Below are positions 12,252-25,396 of a stretch of DNA of 64,000 nucleotides, piece by piece. The notes beneath the pieces were generated by a model, which was given only the letters and a program-made list of their open reading frames with translations, searched no databases and was not told where the DNA came from. The DNA lies in assembly GCA_965153355.1 (NCBI GenBank), contig OZ231126.1, positions 14,322,001 through 14,386,000 on the forward strand, read 5' to 3'. Position numbers and translations under genes: made by a program. Numbering within the stretch: the stretch's first letter is position 1; every line of letters starts with the position of its first letter. Source of the stretch: Flaccisagitta enflata (lineage: Eukaryota).

Positions 12252-12448
12252 ACATCAGTATCGTTCTGAATCACGTTAACCCTGCAAAAGGGAAGATTAC
12301 CAACTGTCAAATAATAACAACGAAAGATGCGCTGTAGTCGAAATGGTCCAAACATCAGTATCGATTCGGAATCACGGTAACCCTGCGAACGGGAAGATTA
12401 CCAACTGTCAAATGGTAACAGCAAAAGATCTTATGTTGTCGAAATGGC
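12252..12448. repeat. Diverged ~100-bp tandem duplication
   Basis: ACATCAGTATCG...GGGAAGATTACCAACTGTCAAAT...GTCGAAATGG at ~12252 and ~12352. Confidence 0.75.
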
Positions 12449-12857
12449 CGTCCAGTACCCTTACGACTGCCCCTTGAGCATGTGAGTAGGGCCCTGAGCC
12501 CCGGATACGCAGCCTTTAGGGCTTCGTATGGTGGTCTATTCGGCTAGCGCCCGACTCCTGACGGCATAAAGTCGCAAATGGCCACAATTGTGGGTGGGTA
12601 CCGGCAGTTTTCCTCGAGTAATCATGTCAGCTGACGTATAGTTGTTTAAGGTGTACGCATTAACGAAGTATTGATGGTAGACACAAAAACAAACAAACAC
12701 ACACACACACCTATCCTCAACTTTTTTTTCGTAGATTTGCTCTTTGCAACGTGGAAAGGAAGACGCAACAAGTCGTTTGTCTGAACGGAATGGTGATGAT
12801 CTTTGTTTTTATTTGCGTAGAGGCAACGACGTCGTTAAAATGTAAAATGTAGAAGGC

Positions 12858-12990
12858 GAAGAAGAAGAAGAAGAAGAAGAAGAAGAAGAAGAAGAAGAAG
12901 AAGAAGAAGAAGAAGAAGAAGAAGAAGAAGAAGAAGAAGAAGAAGACGAAGAAGAAGACGAAGAAAAAAGAAAAAAGAAAAAAGAAAAAG
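12858..12990. repeat. (GAA)n microsatellite
   Basis: Direct reading. Confidence 0.95.
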
Positions 12991-13369
12991 GACATGTAAA
13001 AACTATTCTGAAGTGATGTTTTTTATCAAAATAATGGTCAAACATAAAGGTTGGTTAGTTGTGAATATTTGTTATTCAATAGGCAGCAAAAATCCATATT
13101 AAAGATCAGTGCGAGGAAGCAGAGGTTTATTTGAAGTGGTCTGGAAGAAATTGGCTATGATGGACAAAAGAAAATTGATGGTTTATTTTAATTTTTTTAG
13201 CAGACTTTTTTCAATGACTTGTGCCAATTTTGAGTGAGATGAACTGTCCTGTTTCAATAATGTAAACCCACCTATTTATTGTCCAAATTTGAATTCTAGA
13301 TTTGATGTCAAAGATAGCTAGAGGGTTGTCATCCGGCCAGGATTCCCACTTGTAAAATTCTTTAAAAAA

Positions 13370-14900
<1,531 letters not shown>

Positions 14901-15259
14901 AACCCTTAGAATTGAGATTTTCTCCATCGGGACTCCAAACCGCCTTCTTTGCGATGTTTTATCGGGAGAAATCCCACAAAATCAGAAAGTTTGTCCCAAG
15001 CGAAATTTCTTGCCTTTTTAACCAGGGAAGCTCATATGAAAAACTGTGCAGTCTGACATCTAATAAAACTAAATGGGAGGATACATACCAAATTTCAACT
15101 TACTGGGTCGCCTAGAAGTACGGTTTTTATGCAATTCTGTTTTTGCCAAATTTATTGGACACCCTGTTATCTGATTTCAAGCATAGGTCATCGACAACTT
15201 CGGGGCCGCTCCCCAAAAAGGAAAAAGAAGAATAAAAAAAAGAACCAGATTTTTTAGTC

Positions 15260-15591
15260 CAGGGGTGTATATAATTGAGCGGCTTTTGATTTTATTCCCC
15301 CCCCCCCCCGGCCTTTGATTTTCTTCCCCGCGACGCGTCGCGTCGCATTATAAAATCAATGATTTTCTTCCCCAAAAAGCAATAAAACAGTAAATCATAG
15401 GTTTAAATGGTGTTAAAATGTGTTGTAGTAATCAGAGACTACTAATTAGAACTACCAAAAGCGGAAAATCTTCAAAAAATTTCTTTTTTCTTTTTTTTTT
15501 AGCTTTTGATTTTTTTCCCCATCTCCAAACCCTTTGATTTTATTCCCCCCCCCCCGCCGGGGGGGGGAATGCTCAACTTTATACACGCCTG
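15260..15591. mobile_element. hAT-type MITE
   Basis: CAGGGGTGTATA / TATACACGCCTG termini, 8-bp TSD TTTTAGTC, repeated TTTGATTT motifs. Confidence 0.85.
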
Positions 15592-15864
15592 TTTTAGTCG
15601 CGTGCTACGTGACTCTACACCCCGCTTTGACGGTCTGTCGGTCGGTCCATCAGTCGGTCCGTAGGTCGGTCTGTCGGTCGGTCCGTAGGTCCGTAACACT
15701 TTACTTTTTTGGGATAGCCGTGTATCCGGCCTTGTTTTTGTTTTTCTCAACAACGGGATATCTTTTGTCAGTGCAGTAAGACAAATGATCATTCTCCGGT
15801 CTCCGGTTGTTTAGGCCCGTATGCGAAAATTAGCGCGTGCGTGCGTCCGGAAGTGTATGCATCT

Positions 15865-15917
<53 letters not shown>

Positions 15918-16225
15918 TCACATGAGACAGTTGAGACAGTCCGGTGGTCTTTTTCACGTTCACTGTTTTTGTACTTACTTATCGTGGCTCAGTTTGCCTC
16001 AGTTTGCCTCAGCCTGGCTCACAAGCGCAGTAATTTGCTTCTAAATAGCGGAGTAGGAGACGATAGACGAACACCCAGACTTTGCTCGATGTTGTTGTGG
16101 GCAAAACGCGGTAATGGAAGGTAAGATCATTTGGTTAATGTCTAATGTCGTCGGACGCTTTCACGTTTCTTTTTTTCTGTTTTCATCCTCTTTTTGTGCG
16201 CCTTCAAACTTCCCGTGTGTTTTTG

Positions 16226-16483
<258 letters not shown>

Positions 16484-16827
16484 TTTTATTTTCTCCTTGG
16501 TAATCTTCTCTCTACTCAGTTGGAATTCGTTGTATGTTGATGGTGTTGTTAGAAGATAATTCCGTCAGTGCTTCCGCCGACAGCCATGGCCATAATGTTA
16601 CATGGAAATCTAATGGGAAGATGACCTATCAGTTATGACCCTTTCTCGTTGGAACGTTGCTTTAGTATCCGAGTGATGATATTCCCCCGGAGCGTGATGA
16701 CCCAGTTTTTCACCCGTATTCTCTTTCTGCCCGGGCGAATGCAAACCTGGAGACCCGGTTTTGATGCCAGACCATCGATCGATATGCATATGTGCCATAC
16801 TATCTAGGAAATATTCATGAAATAAAC

Positions 16828-17362
16828 TAGTCATCCAAGGATCGCACATGGTCAGCGGTACCCGATGCCCTGCTGGGAGTGATCCAGTGAAAAAGTGGAG
16901 TGAGAGCAGGGCAGCGGCCCCAAAGGGCCGATGTCCTGTAGAACACAGGGGAGAATTTCCATACGTCCTGAGGGGGCATATTTCAGGCCTTAGATGACTG
17001 ATTTAGACCGCTGAAGGCATATTTGAAGGCAGAATCAAGGCTTGGAGAGCCGATTTGAGGTTTGGAGGGCAAATTTAAGCCATGGAGGGCTGATTTTATG
17101 CTTGGAGGGCTAATTGAAGGTCTGGTAGGCAGATTTGAGGTCGGGAGGACCAATTTGAGGTGGGGGGGGCTGATTTGAAGCCTGGAAAGCTGATTTGAGG
17201 CCTGGAGGGCTGAATTGAGGGCTGGGAGGGCAAATTTGAGGGCTGGGAGAGCGAATTTGAGGCCAACGGGGGGGGACGGATGGAAGGACGGACGGACGGA
17301 CGTATGGAAATTCCCCCCTGTGTTCTACAGGACATCGGCCCTTTGGGGCCGCTGCCCAAAAA
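16828..17362 (-). mobile_element. HINE-like family B (long GGGCAGCGGCCCC subterminal inverted repeats, internal ~21-nt minisatellite)
   Basis: Inverted repeats at ~16909-16961 and ~17305-17357, TTTGAGG repeats, (GGAC)n, T-run at one end, GGTACCGCTGACCAT tail at the other. Confidence 0.65.
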
Positions 17363-18053
17363 GGGTGCGATTCGATTTATCAACTAAATTCCGTTAAAAC
17401 CATGATACTAATAGCATTTGCACTTCATGTGATATTTTTGTTAACCAATATATTCAGTTTTTGGGTGGTTTGTAAAAAAATTCATACAGTTTAGTAGGTC
17501 TTGTTCTGCCATCTGTGAGCACTTATTACCAATTTATCATTCGATAAAAAGTTTTCATAGTTTTGCTTGTCATTTCTAAACGGTTAAAGTCACAGAAACC
17601 AGATAGCGCTCATCGTGAAGATTTTTGGATGTTGATTAATTTGCTTTTTTAAAGAGATTTTTTTTTCACCTTTCTAGAAGCGGAGATATCTCAATCAGAA
17701 GATTACCTTAATTTTTTTGTTTCATCATTCATTTTGTATATCCATTTTGGAATTGAAAGTTTTCATTCTTTTGCTTTTCATTTCTAAACGGTTTGAGCTA
17801 CAGAGACCAGATTGAACTCATCTTGAAGATTTTTTGTTGAAGATTAATTTGTTTGTTTGTTTTTTTAAGTTATTTTGATTTTTTAGAAGCCAAGATATCT
17901 ATAGAAAAGGTTGATTCCATAATTATTTCCCAGGTAGTATACGATATGTAAATGACATCGCATGCGTAATTCAAGGAGAGGAATCGACACTCAACGGTCA
18001 ACCCGCTCCTAACCTACATTTTAAAGGATAAGACCATTGCGACCATTGCGACC

Positions 18054-18173
<120 letters not shown>

Positions 18174-19594
18174 AGTGTGTGCGTAGGGCGCTAGCTGTAC
18201 AATAAAATGATATTTTAAGGGGAATGGTTCGGTGAAACAGAGATTAACTTCAGTCTAGAAAAAAAGACAGAGATTAACTTCGGCTTAACCCGTCTTCGTG
18301 GGGAAACATGGCAGTTTCTTTTTTTTTTTCTTCTTCTTCTTTTTTTTTTTTTTTTTTTGTTAAGTCAGTAAAAAAGCCGCAAAGTCATGTCAAGGAGAAT
18401 GATTAAACGAGGACAAGTAGACAACCACAACAGCTTCCTCACTCTCTGCTGATTTCTTCACCCTCTTGTACACCCCCCTCCTCACCGCCGCATGTGTCCA
18501 GTTTTGATTTGTTTTTGTTTTTTTGTTTTTTTTTTTTTTTTTATTTTTTTTTTTTTTTTTTTGCGCTTCTTTCCTCCCGTTTGACACCATAATCAATTCA
18601 TCATCTCTGTTCACTTCTTTAGGGTATTCTGTCTTCTTCCATGGTCCAATAGTCGCCGACAAACAGATACAGGAAGAGAGGGACAAATTTCGCTTCCCTG
18701 AGTAACTTTTATATCCCCATTCATTGACTTTTTTTTTCACCCAGTCGGACAGAGATGAAGCCATACAACCACCGTTGCCCAATTCCTTCGAAAATGTGAT
18801 AGAAGGAGACGGTTGGATATTATTCACTGCTTTAGTATCCCCTCTTCTACGTGGGGAAAGCGCCTGTAACCATTTCTCATCAGGGATCTACAGCCAGACG
18901 CAGTGTGGTGGACCGCCTGACAATTTTTTTTTACTTGCTTTTGTAGGTCATCTGCCAGACTTGGTAGGGGAGAGATTTCTACTTACCATCGTTGGCCCGC
19001 GTCCGAAGACAGACAGACGTCTACATCAAAGACTGGAAGGGTTTAAACCAAGTCGACCACCGGCTGAGCACAATCTCACTCTCACAAAGAATGCCTAAAA
19101 TGACTCATATGATATTGGGACAACTTCATATTTCTCAGTCTCATCGTGGTAAAAGATGGACTGCCATACAGAACATATCATAACCAAGTTGAACACATTT
19201 TTCGTCCGACAATTTCAATGATCTCAAGCGTAAAAATGAAAATAAAGAAATAACGATGCTTTAGTTGTCCGCATAGAGAAAAACCCCGCTGTAACAATGA
19301 ACAGACGAAAATCAACCAGTAAGTTATAGGTATAATTGACAGGAAATCATAGTCCCTTCATGATACAAATGTATATCTTAGTCCCTTCATGATACAAATG
19401 TATTTCATCCTATTTCTCATAAATTAATAATGTATCATTCCAAGATGGTTTTCGGATCAGGCAACGGACCAGTAGCCTGAACCTGTTTGTAAGGTAAACC
19501 GGACAACAATCAATCCTCTTTCATAGATCCACGCAAAATCCCTCGGAAATTGGAATTGGAGTCAAAGGGCCTTCCACGGAATCCGGCGCCATTC

Positions 19595-19990
19595 ATTCAG
19601 ACGTAGCGGTCGTTAGGCATAAAAGTCATTCACTCAGACGTGGAACTAATTCATTGACATAAAAGTCATTCACTCAGCCATGAAAGTTAATCACTCAGAC
19701 ATGGAACATATTCACTCAGACATGGAAGTTATCCATTCAGACATCATCGATGTCACTCAATTGATGTCACTCACTCAGACCAGTAGGTCATTTATTCAGA
19801 CATGAAAGACAATCACAATTTTACATAGACATAAAAGTCATTCATTAAGACGAGAAAGTCACGTTATTCATTCATTCAGACATGAAAGTCATTGATTCAG
19901 ACGAGCAAGTCATGGTATTCATTCATTCAGTCATGAAAGTCATTCACCTAGTCATGAAAGTCATCAATCCCAGACATGAAAGTCATGCGT
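19595..19990. repeat. Degenerate ~21-bp tandem repeat (CATGAAAGTCATTCACTCAGA-like)
   Basis: Recurrent AAAGTCAT / CACTCAGAC units. Confidence 0.8.
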
Positions 19991-20339
19991 CGGTCGTTTT
20001 TGGAATCAAATTGGAACTTGGGAGCAGGAAGGCCGACAAGCACGAAGGTCGTTTCTACCCCGGCTCCGGGACAAAGCTTCAAGGTTCCTCGTTGGCGTGT
20101 TTCACAAATGATCTTTTTCTACTTCGGGATGAAACCGATTGGTTCATGCAATTTTCTAAGTCATGTAAACAAACTATTTCTGATCAATTTGTTTATCTGT
20201 TGGTAGTTGTCAATGGTTGTAAGTGGTTGCCAGTGTTGTTTTTACCTTATTTTGCTGTTTTACAATGTATTTACGTTTCAACATGAAGGAGGGGGTGCAA
20301 CTGCCTTGTTATTTGCCAATTCAAATATGTCATGGTGTA

Positions 20340-20887
20340 CAGTAGATCTCGTCTAGACTTGAGATAACAGGGGCAAGCACTATGGAAGAACAAATGCAAC
20401 TAGAAATATAAACTAATAAAGGAATGATTTATTCCCCATGATACTTGGTTGCCATGGAAACGCATTTCCATGTATTTATGCTAAAATATCAATATTTTGA
20501 GAAATTTTTTCAGGGAACATTGCGTAAAAATAAATTTGCTACAACTTTCACACAGTAAGTTCTGTAAGAATATCGCTCGTTTTGCCATTGCTAGGGAGCG
20601 TATCCATTTGTGACAAACCCTAGCAACCGCTAAACAAGCGACATTCTTACAGAACATACTGTGGGAAAGTTGTAGCAGATTTGATTTTAAGCAATGTTCC
20701 CTCAAAAAATTTCTCAAAATATTGATACTTTAGCGTAAATATATGGAAATGCGTTTCCATGGCAACCAACTATCATGGGTAATAAAGCATCATTTATTAG
20801 TGTATATTTTAAATATCAATCCCCTGGCTTTATTTGTTAATCTACAATGCTTGCCCCCGTTATCTCAAGTCTAGACGACATCTACTG
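20340..20887. mobile_element. Tc1/mariner-type palindromic MITE
   Basis: CAGTAGAT...ATCTACTG termini, TA on both sides (20338-9, 20888-9), arms complementary almost to the centre (~20605). Confidence 0.88.
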
Positions 20888-20892
20888 TACAC

Positions 20893-21682
20893 TGAGAGCG
20901 TTTAGCGTCTAGTTTCTTAGCAAGCTCCTGATGCGTAATCGCGAGAACTGACTCCACTGCGTAGCTGCGCTAATGATTTGGAACGCACACCCGCTTAGAA
21001 CGAATTGTTGAGATGAGCGGTCAAGTTGTCCGCGAAATCAGTCTATTCGTGGAATCCTGACGGACAGAGAAAAGGAAAAAGGTTAGGACAAACTCTGTAC
21101 ATCAATGAAAGATACTTCTGTAAGGCGCCAAAAATGATAAAAAGGTCAAGGACTTACACGGATGTTGTCGAACGGTTTCCAATCTAGGCGCAGGGCAGGG
21201 AAGTCGGGGAAAAAGCATCAAAATCGAGTCTTTAACTGAGATCGTGAAATCGAATGTCAGTAAGAAAGTCAGGGAAGCTACTTTTACTTAACCTGGAAAT
21301 AACAACAAAAATGAATCAAAGCATCACGAGATTTGAAATTATTTGGCAGCAATGGAACAATGATAAATGGAATCGTCACGTCGTGGGAATTCGATAGAGG
21401 GGTCGAAGTCTTTTCTCCTCTAAGCGGTTGAGGAGATATAGTTCATCAATCCTCAACCGGAAGTCAGCGCTTCCGGCGCGCGCGCGCGTTCCTCCCCTTC
21501 CTCCGTCGATCGAAGATCTCTCTCCTTCTCCTCGATTTCCTCCACTCTGCAGTCGAGCAGACGCCATCTTGGATTTTCGGCAGCGAGAGAGCCTCTCCTC
21601 TTCTTCGGGATCCGCGGAGTCGACTGCATCCGATCGAGCGCTTCTTGACCTGGATATGGTGGGGAATGTGCAGAATGTCACA
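20893..21682 (-). repeat. 3' LTR of element B
   Basis: Direct repeat of 32571-33360; one substitution seen by eye (21392 C vs 33070 T). Confidence 0.97.
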
Positions 21683-21694
21683 GTCCCCCCATTT
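21683..21694 (-). promoter_or_regulatory. Polypurine tract of element B
   Basis: Minus strand AAATGGGGGGAC immediately before the TG of the 3' LTR. Confidence 0.8.
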
Positions 21695-22522
21695 GAAATA
21701 TTTGCCAAAAAATTTCAAATCTCGTATCTAACTAGTTTCTTGTCAGGGAATACCGTTCATTTTAAAATTTACAAGCTATGACAACATCCGGGGCTCATCT
21801 CAAAACAAAAATTTTTAAATATTACAAAGACACTATTATAAATATCGTGGATCTCGCGCGGATAAGACGATTCAGAAAATGGGTTCTAGGAGCAGAAACA
21901 CCTACCACCGTCGATCGTCCGGGCTATCGCTACGGTCTGGTTATGAATTGCTCCTCTTGCTCCATTCTGCATCCAGTCTTCATGCTAAACAAAAGAAAAA
22001 GGTAACGATACTAGATCCACGGGAATGATGGACTGAAATAAATAATTAGACTATACGCTAAGTGGCCTATACTAGTGTATATACTATACTAAACTACGTA
22101 CCAACGCCCCGTTAGGATTGTCCATCACTCCAGCACGTACGTCTCTGAAATGTAAGCGGGAGGGGGGGTTCCCCCACACCCGGGATGGGTATGGAGAAAC
22201 GGATTTGGAGAGTTAGAACTGATTCTCATTCCTCAAATCATACGCTTAATATTCTAATTTGGTACAATTGATTCATGAGCAATTCAAAACCCCCCTACCC
22301 CTCGACACTTACGCGGGAGAGTCGCAGGGGGGTCCCCGGTGGGACCCCCTCCCCCGACCGCCCTCTAGAGAAGCGAGGACGGCCGGCCTGTCCGTCACCG
22401 GAAGCATCTCGAGTCGCCATTGGATGATCAACCGCTAGTCTTCCGCGACGACGTGAAACGTCGGTATGATACGCGCGATTGAAGTGGGAAGACGATGGCC
22501 GGGATCATGGCGACGAGACCCT

Positions 22523-24852
22523 CTACTTCCGGCCTTTACCCCTGCCGCCCTTTCCTCCACGATAGGATGGCGCGTCGTCTTTCCTACTGTGGCGTGGAGG
22601 GGGGTTTCTGCCGGAAGGTGGCGCGTGGGTGCTCGACGACGCGGAGTGGCGTTGAGTGCCGGAAGTCGATGGCATCTGTCCGTCGGGCTGAGAGAACTCA
22701 GCGCGGACGCGGTCGGCTTCCTTCTTCGCGTCGGACAGCAGCTGGGCCATCTGAGCAACCTTTGCGTCGTGCTCACCGACAACCTTCATCCTAAAGTTGT
22801 ATTGTTCGATGAGCTTCCTCGCCGATCTGGCTCTATCCACGGCGTGATCGGCAGCGTAGATCGCGCGATCCATCGGAGATGAGTTGGGATAGAAGGCCGC
22901 CGGAAGAATGTCTACAACCTTTTGAATATCCTTCGACCGAGGATGACTTGGCAACTTGATGGCGACAGCCAACATCGTCTCGGTCAGAAGGTCTTCCGGC
23001 GATCGGGGAGGGCGGTGTGAAGGAGAGGAAGCGGATACAGTCGACGTTGACGACCTGTTGGACGTCGACGCATCCCCAGACTTCCTTTTTGGACGACGAT
23101 TTCTCTTCTTTTTGTTGGCGTTTTGCTCCTCTCGTCGCTGTTGGTCGTCGTTGACGGGAGGAGGAGGAGGTGGGGGCAGATTTGCGGCTGCCCCTGCGAG
23201 CGCACCCCCTTGATTGTTCGTTGTCGTCGTCGTTTGAGTTGGGACCCGGATTGGTGAAATGTCACGTGACCGCTGGCGTTGAGGAGGAGGAGGCCGGGGA
23301 GCAGGACCATGTGGTAATCTCGCGGGACCATCCATCACCGTCGATGATAACGATGCGGATGCATCCGGCGGTCCACCCCTGCTCACCCGACGTCTCTTCT
23401 CACTCACTTCGATTTGTAGATTGTTGGCGCCAGCTTTGGCTCGTCGATCGTCTCTCGGATGGTGTTGTGGAGGATCCTGCGTCGCGGGCGTCTGACGCTG
23501 ATCACTGCCACTTCCGGTCGAACGAATAGCCTCCGCGATCCGACGAGCGGCTCCTTCACGTCGTCTTTTTCTCTGATTTGAGGCTTTTCCGCGGGAAATG
23601 TCTCTCAAAGTCCCATTTCCCATGTCCGCCGTTGCTCCAATAGATCTGATGTTGATGATCTTGCACAATTGGAGCGTCTCGCGTGTTTCAACCGTCGCAA
23701 TCTCTCCGTCCTCTTCGACTAATTCGTCTCTGATTATTTGCGTTGGAACATATGCTCTTCGCTCGGCTTGTGGATGAAGAGCATCTCTCTCCGCACGTAA
23801 GCTACGCTGCTTGTCGTGGTACATCGCAGTGTGCTTCCGCTCGATGAGGGCGTCGACTTGGGCGTTGTAGATCTTCACCAATTCGACTGCTTGTTCCTGC
23901 GAGATGGAGGACAGGTCACTGATGTACGGCGGGATCACCAGCGTCGCGTCAGGTGATGCTTGAAACGGCGCCGGCGCGGTCGAGTCTGCGGCCGGCGTTA
24001 CTTGTAACGTCGGCAACTCCACGACCGCCTGCGACGTCTGCGGCGGCGGCGGCAGAATTGGGGGAGCAAGAGAAGGAGCAGTAAGTACCTGTAGGGGCGG
24101 GTCGAGCAACCTCCCCGGGGGGAAGTCCCTCTCCCCTTCCGTCATGTTCGTGAGTGTCCATGTCATCGCCCTCACTGTCATCCTGAGTCTCGTAGTCGTC
24201 ATCGTCGTCGTCGTCGTCAATCGTCAAAGTCTAAGTTGTCAGGGTCATTCAAATCCTGTCGCTCCACTTCTCCTGCTCCGCGTGGCGGCGGGGGGGCGTC
24301 CGTGGTGGAGTCCGACGTCGACTCCCCCATGAGCGCCTCCACTCCCGAGACTGCCGTATCGAAGCTTTCGTTGGCAGCTTGTTCTCTTTTCGCCTTTCTT
24401 GCCGCCCGGAGCGCATCGTCGGCTTGACGACGCGCTTCACCAGCGGCGCGCTTGTCGGCAAAGGCGTTGGCATCGAACGCGTTGAGGGCCCGAGCAGGAA
24501 TAGGGTCCGTAACGGTCCACGCGCCGGAAGACGAGTCGTTGAAGAGATGGCTGACCCCGTCGATGACGTCATCAGCTCCTCCAACGACGGACTGTTGCAA
24601 CCCGCGAAGCCTGCGTTGTTCTCTGAGGGACGCTGCCCTGGCCTCCTGCTCCTGTCTCCTCCTCTTCTTCTCCGGGTCTTTCTTCTCTTCCTCCACTTTC
24701 CTCTTCTCCTCTTCCACCCTCGCCCGCTCCTCTTCCATCCTCCTCGTCTCCTCCTCATGACTCCTCACCAACTCGTCCTGGGCTTGCGCCATTCGCTGCC
24801 TCCTCGCTTCGCGGATCTTGTCCGGCGTGCCATGGTTGTTCTGCTGCGACAT
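22523..24852 (-). pseudogene. Extra ORF3 of element B (~775 codons, two frame breaks), unknown non-env protein
   Basis: ORFs 24217-24852, 23949-24227 and 22523-24220 join; one extra T at ~24220 restores DNLDFDDDDDDDDDYETQ. Coiled-coil N-terminus, acidic tract, Pro-rich and basic clusters, RGG tail; CAG acceptor 11 nt before the ATG. Confidence 0.7.
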
Positions 24853-25396
24853 GATGGATCTCTCTGCAACAGTTATGCGACGATACCGACAAGGGGAAGC
24901 TTTTAGCGTAAGATAGTGTAAACGCCTGTTTTTGGAGAAAATTCAGATTTCGAGGTGTAATCAAACGGAAAGAGGAAGACATATTCATCAACATTGAGGA
25001 AGATTAAATGGTATACGCAGACAAAGAAATAAAGACTCTTCGATCAGCGCCTCAAATGACCTCCACTCTCAACAGTCAATGATATGGATAAAACGGAAAA
25101 GAAAATGACGAACGAATGCCTCTATATGGTCAATACAAGATTGAAATGGCATGGCAAAATTTGGATTGTCAGTCAATCATGCGGACATTCTCAACTGACT
25201 GGGGCACCATGTACCTCTCTCTCTCCTGTAATTACACACAAAGACATATCAGACAGACCGACTGAGAAAAAGTAAACAAGACCAAAATATTCATGAGAGA
25301 AAGAACCCTCATTTTCATGTATAGTCCTTACAAATAGAAGCACTTATGCTTCTTTCTGGTCTACTTCCTCTCTCTCTCTTCACACTTATCCGTTTT

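Noticed and set aside
18987-19094. Possible minus-strand exon (ttttag...ATG/GTAAGT)
   Set aside because: All three frames are closed, the pyrimidine tract is weak, and no partner exon was found; unsupported without RNA data.
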